This document shows, piece by piece, positions 57,544 to 64,000 of a stretch of DNA of 64,000 nucleotides (positions are counted from its first letter, which is position 1; every line of letters starts with the position of its first letter). The notes under the pieces were generated by a model that saw only the letters and a list, made by a program, of their open reading frames with translations, did not search any database and was not told where the DNA came from. Source of the stretch: a bacterium. GTDB lineage: Bacteria; SAR324; XYD2-FULL-50-16; G965216635. The stretch is from assembly GCA_965261475.1 (NCBI GenBank), contig OZ253454.1, positions 735,813 through 799,812 of the forward strand, read 5' to 3'. The translations under genes were made by a program, and so were the position numbers.

Positions 57544-59907
57544 TTACCTTATAACTCTTACAGCATTATTTAAACCTGCCCAGAATTTTTCTATTTTATC
57601 TTTAGCTTCTTTGTTTTTAATTATCTGATCAAACTTGATTGTCCAATCTAGACTGCTAATTTGAGTAAGCGGGTTATGAGATAAAACCTGTGTTGCTATT
57701 TTTTGAGCTCTTTTTTGTATCTCAAGCTCGTCAGACAAAGGCGTTAAATCAACATATGCTGCCTCCATAGCTGCTTTTAAAATCTCAGAGCTCAAAGATT
57801 GTATAATAGGTTGTAAGTTCAAATTAGGTTTTCTAAAAAATTTATTTTTAACATAAGTGTTGATTGTAGTATAAATTTGATTAAAATATTTTTCAGAAAA
57901 ATCAACTCGTAAAAAAGAATGATTATCTTTTGTTTTTACTTCTTGAAACACAACATTTTGTGTCTGAGATTTATTAACCGCAAACTTCCATTTTCCTGAT
58001 TTTCTTCGTGCTGTTTTGACCTCAAAAAGATATTGAAGAGTCAGTAAAAAAGTATCTTTATCATTGTATAAATAAGAAAGTCTATGAGTCAAAGATAAAG
58101 CATTGCCATAGTAATGATCTATTTTTAGATATTCTTTTAATAGTTCATAAGCTCTCTTAGTATCTCCTAAGTAATAGTAGGAGAGGGCTTCTAAAAACCC
58201 ATTTATTCTGTAATTAGGAATTACCTCGTTCGTTTGTTGAATATTTACAAGGGCTTTTTTATAATATTTAAGCTCTAGATACCTCCTAGTTAAAGCATCC
58301 AAAAGATAGATATCCTGTCTTTGAGCCTTTAATTTTTCAAATTTTATTGTTTGGAATAGGTTTTTACCTGTTTTGGTAATTTTGACAAATTCGTACTGAG
58401 TTTTTGCCCAAGTAACGTATAGAATACAAACCAGCAGAATAATCAAAGCTACAGGCAATTGGTTGCGTACTAAACTAGGTAATTGCTTCCATTTTGTTAG
58501 CCAAGTTTTATAAATACTAGTAATTTTTTTGAGCCTAAACCAAAAAAAATTTGCTGCTGGCAATTCTTTTTTGTAGTAAGCTATAAGCACAAAAGAAATC
58601 GCGAGTAGAGCGTATTGAGGAATATTAGTTACAATCATTCTTTGTGATACAGAAAACACACCATGCATCAAAAAACCTAGCATACCAGCAGCACTACCTA
58701 AAATAATTCTTTGGTGCAAAATATTTGTTTTAGTATAAAAAAATAATTTGATTAGATTATAAAAAACATACCCCCAAAGAATAAAAAAACAAATATAGCC
58801 AAAAATACCTCCTTCTGCTAGGTACTCTAGCCATTCTGAATGGGCATGATTGTAACTTCTTTGACCCCATAAAACTCTGCTATCAGGTGCAATATGTCGA
58901 AAAAATAACGCGTAAGAAGTGCCTAATCCATACCCAAAAATAGGAGCTTCAAAAAATGCTTTGACAGCAGGTCCCCAAGCAATAAATCTGCCTTGCCAAG
59001 TTCCAAAATAAAAAACTCTAAAAAACCTTGAGAATCCAGATAATTGATCCCTAAATAAAAAACAAATAAACAAAAAAATAACTAAACATATTGCCGCAAA
59101 TAAAAACAAAGATAATATATGTCTTTTTTTCTTAAAAAATATTTGCACTAGTAAAATAAACAGCACTATCAAGCAACTTAAGATTCCAGCAGCTATGGCT
59201 GCTCTAGTTTTTGTGAGCAAAAGAGCATGGCTAGATGCTAAAAAAAATAAAAAAAATAAAACATGCCTTGTTTTACTAAAATATGTTTGAAAATGGATTG
59301 TGCCAGCTACTCTTTGAATTTTTGGTATTGAGAGCAATAAAAATATCGGCAAAATAGGCACAAGCGAGCCGGCTAGGTAGTTAATGTTTCCGTAGGTAAC
59401 TTTGATTCTACCAGCAGAGCCTTTATAATATGGACTTAAACCTTGTGTTTCTAAAACCCCAAAAAACCAAACATAGAGCATACTAAATCCTACAAATAGC
59501 AAAAAAATAATAATTGCTTTGTCCATTTTATCTGTCCTCAAAAACCTAATGATATATACCATCCACAAAAGTGCAATCAACTCTATTGCTAACTCATACC
59601 TATAATTATAATGGATATTTTCTCCTAAATGGAGCAAGAAGCCAGGGTAAGTGCCTAGCACGGGAAGTAAAAAAAGCAGGGTTTCTTTCCAAGGAAAACT
59701 ACACTCTATAAGAGTATTTTTTTGGATGAAGCGGTTGTAGCCTAAGTAGCTTATATCGTAGATAAAAAAACAAACTAGTATAAATAGCCCCATATAAACC
59801 ATCTTAAAACTATTTACATGGTAGAAATTATAATTGTAGTACGCATTAAAAGCAAAAAAAATCACTCCAGCTAATGCTGGAAAAAATAAGCTGTTATGTT
59901 TCATCAA
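57544..59907 (-). CDS. O-antigen ligase (Wzy_C)-family polytopic membrane protein with a C-terminal TPR-like domain; paralog A
   Basis: Wzy_C signature NHAHSEWLEYLAEGGIFGYI and the conserved Arg loop LLTKTRAAIAAG. About 12 TM helices. C-terminal YYYLGDTKRAYELLKEYLK is TPR-like. Confidence 0.65.
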   Translation of the reverse strand: MMKHNSLFFPALAGVIFFAFNAYYNYNFYHVNSFKMVYMGLFILVCFFIYDISYLGYNRFIQKNTLIECSFPWKETLLFLLPVLGTYPGFLLHLGENIHYNYRYELAIELIALLWMVYIIRFLRTDKMDKAIIIFLLFVGFSMLYVWFFGVLETQGLSPYYKGSAGRIKVTYGNINYLAGSLVPILPIFLLLSIPKIQRVAGTIHFQTYFSKTRHVLFFLFFLASSHALLLTKTRAAIAAGILSCLIVLFILLVQIFFKKKRHILSLFLFAAICLVIFLFICFLFRDQLSGFSRFFRVFYFGTWQGRFIAWGPAVKAFFEAPIFGYGLGTSYALFFRHIAPDSRVLWGQRSYNHAHSEWLEYLAEGGIFGYICFFILWGYVFYNLIKLFFYTKTNILHQRIILGSAAGMLGFLMHGVFSVSQRMIVTNIPQYALLAISFVLIAYYKKELPAANFFWFRLKKITSIYKTWLTKWKQLPSLVRNQLPVALIILLVCILYVTWAKTQYEFVKITKTGKNLFQTIKFEKLKAQRQDIYLLDALTRRYLELKYYKKALVNIQQTNEVIPNYRINGFLEALSYYYLGDTKRAYELLKEYLKIDHYYGNALSLTHRLSYLYNDKDTFLLTLQYLFEVKTARRKSGKWKFAVNKSQTQNVVFQEVKTKDNHSFLRVDFSEKYFNQIYTTINTYVKNKFFRKPNLNLQPIIQSLSSEILKAAMEAAYVDLTPLSDELEIQKRAQKIATQVLSHNPLTQISSLDWTIKFDQIIKNKEAKDKIEKFWAGLNNAVRVIR

Positions 59908-60110
59908 AAATTTAATAAATATTGTATTATCCTATGTTATTTTAAAGGCTCAAGGTAAAATTGTATTTTTAATCTATAAATGATCTTTACTAATTTAATA
60001 AGTTAGTGGCTATAACACAATAAGTAGTAAAAATCTCAAGCTAAAATCTATCAACTAGAGTAGTAATTCTGCATCTTTTATTTTCTACAAATTAAAGCTT
60101 CTCAAAATCG

Positions 60111-62495
60111 CTATTTTAAAATTTTTATAAAACTCTCAAAACCTTCAAAAATATTATCCATTTTATATGTAAAATCTGACATTCTCATAATTCTAACAAA
60201 TCCTTTTGATTCCCAAGCACTCACGTCAAACCTGCCAAAAAGATCACGAGTTAAAATTTTTCTTTTTATTGCTTGAACTCTATTTTTTGTCTCAAGATCA
60301 TCAGATAAAGGTGTCAAATCAATATATGCTACCTCCATAGCTGCTTTTAAAATCTCAAAGCTCAAAGATTGTATAATAGGTTGCAAATTAAAATTAGATT
60401 TTCTAAAAAATTTGTTTTTAGCATAGGAGTTAATTGCATTATAAACTTGATTAAAATATTTTTCAGAAAAATCAACCCTTAAGAGAGGATAATTGTCGTC
60501 TGTTTTTGCTTCCTGAAACACAATATTTTGTGTCTGAGATTTATTAACCGCAAAATTCCAATAGCTAACTAATTTTCCCGGTTTTCTTTGTGCTGTTTGT
60601 GCTTCAAAAATATATTTAAGAGTAAGTAAAAAAGTATCTTTATCATTGTATAAATAAGACAGTTTATGTGTCAAAGACAAGGTACCATCGTGGTAGTGAT
60701 CTAGTTTGAGATATTCTTTTAGTAATTCATAAGCCCTCTTAGTATCTCCTAAGTAATAGTAGGAGAGTGCTTCTAAAAAACCATTGATTCTGTAATTAGG
60801 AATTACCTCTTTAGTTTGTTGAATATTAGCAAGAGCTTTTTTATAATATTTAAGATCTAGATACTTTCTAGTTAAAGTATCCAAGAGATAAACATCTTGT
60901 CTTTGAGCTTTCAGTTTTTCAAATTTTATTGTTTGTAGTACGTTGCCTTTTGTTCTAATAATTTTTACAAATTCGTACTGAGTTTTTGCCCAAGTAGCAT
61001 AAACAATAAATACCAGTAAAATAATCAATGCTACAGGTAATTGGTTGCGTACTAAACTAGGTAATTGCCTCCATTTTGTTAACCAAATTTTATAGACACT
61101 AGTAATTTTTTTGAGTCTAAACCAAAAAACATTTTCTGCTGGCAGTTTTTTTTTGTAGTAAGCTATAAGCACAAAAGAGATTGCGAGTAGAGTGTATTGA
61201 GGAATATTAGTCACAAGCATTCTTTGTGCTATAGAAAAGGACCCATGCATCAAAAACACTAGCATGCCAGCAGCACTGCCTAAAATAATTCTTTGGTGCA
61301 AAATATTTGTTTTAGTATAAAAAAATAATTTGATTAGATTATAAAAAACATACCCCCAGAGAATAAACAAACAAATATAGCCAAAAATACCTCCTTCTGC
61401 TAGGTACTCTAGCCATTCCGAATGGGCATGGTTGTAACTACGTTCATCCCATAAAATTCTACTATCAGGTGCAATATGTCGAAAAAATAACGAGTAAGAA
61501 GTACCTAGTCCATACCCAAAAATAGGAGCTGCCAAAAATGCTTTGACAGCAGGTCCCCACGCAATAAATCTACCTTGCCAAGTTTCAAAATAAAAAACTT
61601 TAAAAAACCTTGAGAGCTCAGATAATTGATCTCTATAAACAAAGCAAACAAACAAAAAAATAATAAAACATATTGTCGCAAATAAAAACAAAGATAATAT
61701 ATGTATTTTTTTCTTAAAAAATATTTGTACTAGTAAAATAAACAGCACCATCAAGCAACTTAAGATTCCAGCGGCTATGGCTGCTCTAGTTTTTGTGAGT
61801 AAAAGAGCATGGCTAGATGCTAAAAAAAATAAAAAAAATAAAACATGCCTTGTTTTACTAAAATATGTTTGAAAATGGATTGTGCCGGCTACTCTTTGAA
61901 TTTTTGGTATTGACAGCAATAAAAATATCGGCAACATAGGCGCAAGCGCACCAGCTATTAAATTACTATTGCCATAAGCAACCGCAATTCTGCCAGAAAA
62001 TTTCTCAGCGCTGTTTAAGTATGGGCTTAAGCCTTGTGTTTCTAAAACCCCAAAAAACCAAACATAGAGCATACTAAATCCTACAAATAGCAAAAAAATA
62101 ATAATTGCTTTGTCCATTTTATCTGTCCTCAAAAACCTAATGATATATACCATCCACAAAAGTGCAATCAACTCTATTGCTAACTCATACCTATAATTAT
62201 AATGGATATTTTCTCCTAAATGGAGCAAGAAGCCGGGTTGAGTACCTAGCACTGGAAGCAAAAAAAGTAGAGTTTCTTTCCAAGGAAAACTGCACTCTAT
62301 AAGGGTATTTTTTTGGATGAAGCGATTGTAGCCTAAGTAACTTATATCGTAGATAAAAAAACAAACTAGTATAAATAGTCCCATATAAACCATCTTAAAA
62401 CTATTTATATGGTAAAAATTATCACTATAATAAGCATTAAAAGCAAAAAAGATGACTCCAGCTAAAACAGGAAAAAATAAGCTATTATGTTTCAT
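60111..62495 (-). CDS. O-antigen ligase (Wzy_C)-family membrane protein with a C-terminal TPR-like domain; paralog B, tandem duplicate of 57544-59907
   Basis: Near-identical to paralog A over long stretches at both protein and DNA level. Divergence is localised to one loop and the C-terminus. Confidence 0.65.
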   Translation of the reverse strand: MKHNSLFFPVLAGVIFFAFNAYYSDNFYHINSFKMVYMGLFILVCFFIYDISYLGYNRFIQKNTLIECSFPWKETLLFLLPVLGTQPGFLLHLGENIHYNYRYELAIELIALLWMVYIIRFLRTDKMDKAIIIFLLFVGFSMLYVWFFGVLETQGLSPYLNSAEKFSGRIAVAYGNSNLIAGALAPMLPIFLLLSIPKIQRVAGTIHFQTYFSKTRHVLFFLFFLASSHALLLTKTRAAIAAGILSCLMVLFILLVQIFFKKKIHILSLFLFATICFIIFLFVCFVYRDQLSELSRFFKVFYFETWQGRFIAWGPAVKAFLAAPIFGYGLGTSYSLFFRHIAPDSRILWDERSYNHAHSEWLEYLAEGGIFGYICLFILWGYVFYNLIKLFFYTKTNILHQRIILGSAAGMLVFLMHGSFSIAQRMLVTNIPQYTLLAISFVLIAYYKKKLPAENVFWFRLKKITSVYKIWLTKWRQLPSLVRNQLPVALIILLVFIVYATWAKTQYEFVKIIRTKGNVLQTIKFEKLKAQRQDVYLLDTLTRKYLDLKYYKKALANIQQTKEVIPNYRINGFLEALSYYYLGDTKRAYELLKEYLKLDHYHDGTLSLTHKLSYLYNDKDTFLLTLKYIFEAQTAQRKPGKLVSYWNFAVNKSQTQNIVFQEAKTDDNYPLLRVDFSEKYFNQVYNAINSYAKNKFFRKSNFNLQPIIQSLSFEILKAAMEVAYIDLTPLSDDLETKNRVQAIKRKILTRDLFGRFDVSAWESKGFVRIMRMSDFTYKMDNIFEGFESFIKILK

Positions 62496-62541
62496 AAAAA
62501 AATCTAAATATTATTAAGTTATTATACTGTAAAAAACCTAG

Positions 62542-64000
62542 TTACTCACATATATCTTTTCGATAATTGTGTAGTGCCTTATGCAAATAAGATTCTACTA
62601 AATTAGATGGAATATTTTTTAAAAAATATTTGTTTTCTGCTTGATAATTAAGTAAATTCTGAGAATCTGACAAAGAGCGAGTAATGTATAACTTATCTTT
62701 TGCTCTAGTCATAGCTACATAAAGCACTCGTCTTTCTTCTTCTTCTTTTTCTGCATCCCCAATAGACCTGCTATGAGGGTACATATTAGCTTGAGCCTTG
62801 AATAAGTAACAAATAGAAGCCTCTAGTCCTTTAGCACTATGAACTGTAATCACACTAAGCTTATCTGTACTCTGATCTGTTTGGTCAGCATAAATAGGAT
62901 TTAAGGCATAAGTTTCTAAAAAACTTTGCAAAGATAAATGTTTTTGAGATTTTTGCAACAACAATAGATCTTTTTTTCTCCACTCCCAATTATCGTACTT
63001 CCAGCCAAGTAATTGCTCTAGCTGCGATGTCGCTGTTTTGATGCAATCTACGACATTCGTTAAATTTTCAGACACAGCTAAGATACTGTTTGCAATCTGG
63101 GTATTTTGAGGGAATTTAAGTTTTAGAAAATCAACAACTTCTTTTGTATTTTGTAGCAGAGATATTTGAGCATAGATTTTGTCTGCAGTTTTTTTTCCTA
63201 TTTTTGGCCAAAGACATAAATACCTACGCCAAGCAAGGCTATCACTGCTAGAAACGCTTGATTGAATTAAACTAATAACATCTCTAACATGCGCCGAAGA
63301 CATTAAATCAATGCCTCCTATAAAAACATAAGGAATCTTATTATCTACCAAAACTGACTCTAGCATCCTAGCAGTCCACGCCGTTCTTACTAAAACCATC
63401 TGCTTACTCCAGGAGTTGTACTTTTGATAATTATGTTTTATTTTATCTACTACCCACCTTGCTTCGTCCCATTCTTTTTCGAAGGTATGTATTTGTGGTT
63501 TAATACCAGCTCCTCTATGTGCCACTAATTTTTTATTATAAGACAGCTCAGACTCTGCTAACAACCAATTAGCCAAATCAAGTATTTCTTGCGTAGAGCG
63601 AAAATTTTCTTTGAGCTTTAAATTTTGTGCGGCAACAATCTTTTTATTAAAATGTTGCACATTACGAAAATCAGCTCCCCGAAACATATAGATACTTTGA
63701 GCGTCATCTCCTACACAAAACAAAGAAGCCTCAGCCGATAAAGATTCTAAAATGCTCCATTGCACAGGATTAGTATCTTGCATCTCATCTACCAAAAAAT
63801 ACTCATAATTTTTAAAAATGCTTGCTTTTAAACTAGTTTCATTCTTTAAATGACGCGAAAAAATATACAAAATATCGTCAAAATCTAGATACTGCATTTG
63901 TATTTTTTGCTTTTGATAGTCTGCGTCAAGACTGATAATTGTTTTTCTAGTTTCTAAATCAAAATATTTAAATTTATCTAAATAACTTTGAATAGTAATG
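62542..64000 (-). CDS. UvrD/Rep/PcrA-family DNA helicase, C-terminal part; the reading frame stays open to the window edge
   Basis: Motif II FLVDEMQDTNPVQ, motif VI VLYVAMTRAKDKLYI. Translating upstream of the first Met (63897) gives a stop-free frame to position 64000, so this is not a truncation. Confidence 0.75.
   Translation of the reverse strand, partial: ITIQSYLDKFKYFDLETRKTIISLDADYQKQKIQMQYLDFDDILYIFSRHLKNETSLKASIFKNYEYFLVDEMQDTNPVQWSILESLSAEASLFCVGDDAQSIYMFRGADFRNVQHFNKKIVAAQNLKLKENFRSTQEILDLANWLLAESELSYNKKLVAHRGAGIKPQIHTFEKEWDEARWVVDKIKHNYQKYNSWSKQMVLVRTAWTARMLESVLVDNKIPYVFIGGIDLMSSAHVRDVISLIQSSVSSSDSLAWRRYLCLWPKIGKKTADKIYAQISLLQNTKEVVDFLKLKFPQNTQIANSILAVSENLTNVVDCIKTATSQLEQLLGWKYDNWEWRKKDLLLLQKSQKHLSLQSFLETYALNPIYADQTDQSTDKLSVITVHSAKGLEASICYLFKAQANMYPHSRSIGDAEKEEEERRVLYVAMTRAKDKLYITRSLSDSQNLLNYQAENKYFLKNIPSNLVESYLHKALHNYRKDICE

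Noticed and set aside
62542-64000. A truncated or frameshifted helicase pseudogene, since the ORF track starts at an internal Met upstream of motif II
   Set aside because: Translating upstream of that Met in the same frame gives an uninterrupted UvrD-like sequence to the window edge. The gene simply continues outside the window.

Overview
This window is an AT-rich (roughly 28–30% GC by eye), gene-dense bacterial chromosomal segment. Almost all of it is coding, with many overlapping or abutting genes, the compact arrangement typical of small host-associated Gram-negative-type genomes. Stop codons include TGA, so the standard genetic code is assumed. From motifs I can read directly, it encodes mostly core metabolism and housekeeping functions.

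Nucleotide and cofactor metabolism: NAPRTase (pncB, 5' partial), a pyrC-pyrD-pyrB operon, a pyrF-pyrE pair fused to pxpABC, class Ia nrdA with two ATP cones, prs, rpiB, glyA, hemA, an ISC-type ferredoxin, hisC and a hisI-like gene.

Translation and RNA modification: rpsA (6 S1 domains), metG, tsaD, queH, hflX, rbgA and one tRNA-Pro(GGG).

Envelope and division: accA, murE, rseP, ftsB-like, a SPOR protein, bactofilin, mgtE, smc, a GspL/M/N-like trio, and two tandem near-identical O-antigen-ligase(Wzy_C)+TPR paralogs next to the tRNA.

Osmoprotection: betB (about 60% identical to E. coli BetB by eye), divergently paired with an SDR plus proX-proW-proV.

There are no CRISPR arrays, rRNA genes or prophage blocks.

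The most unusual locus is a translationally coupled minus-strand operon (10202-14431). It encodes a full-length M1/PepN aminopeptidase homologue whose zinc site is completely ablated (HEYFH->KKFFY, GAMEN->RIMEG, third Zn ligand E->Q). Immediately downstream is an intact Cre-like tyrosine recombinase (all RKHR[H]Y catalytic residues present) and then an AlkA-like HhH-GPD glycosylase. None of the three has any phage, tRNA or att context. A perfect 16-bp palindrome lies in the upstream promoter region.

Other points worth a second look are the duplicated O-antigen-ligase paralogs with loop-localised divergence, a cysteine-less YidD-like protein, a HisI-like protein with an altered acidic metal triad, and a pseudo-receiver with a basic tail.

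All identifications are from by-eye motif and alignment recognition. No database searches were run.
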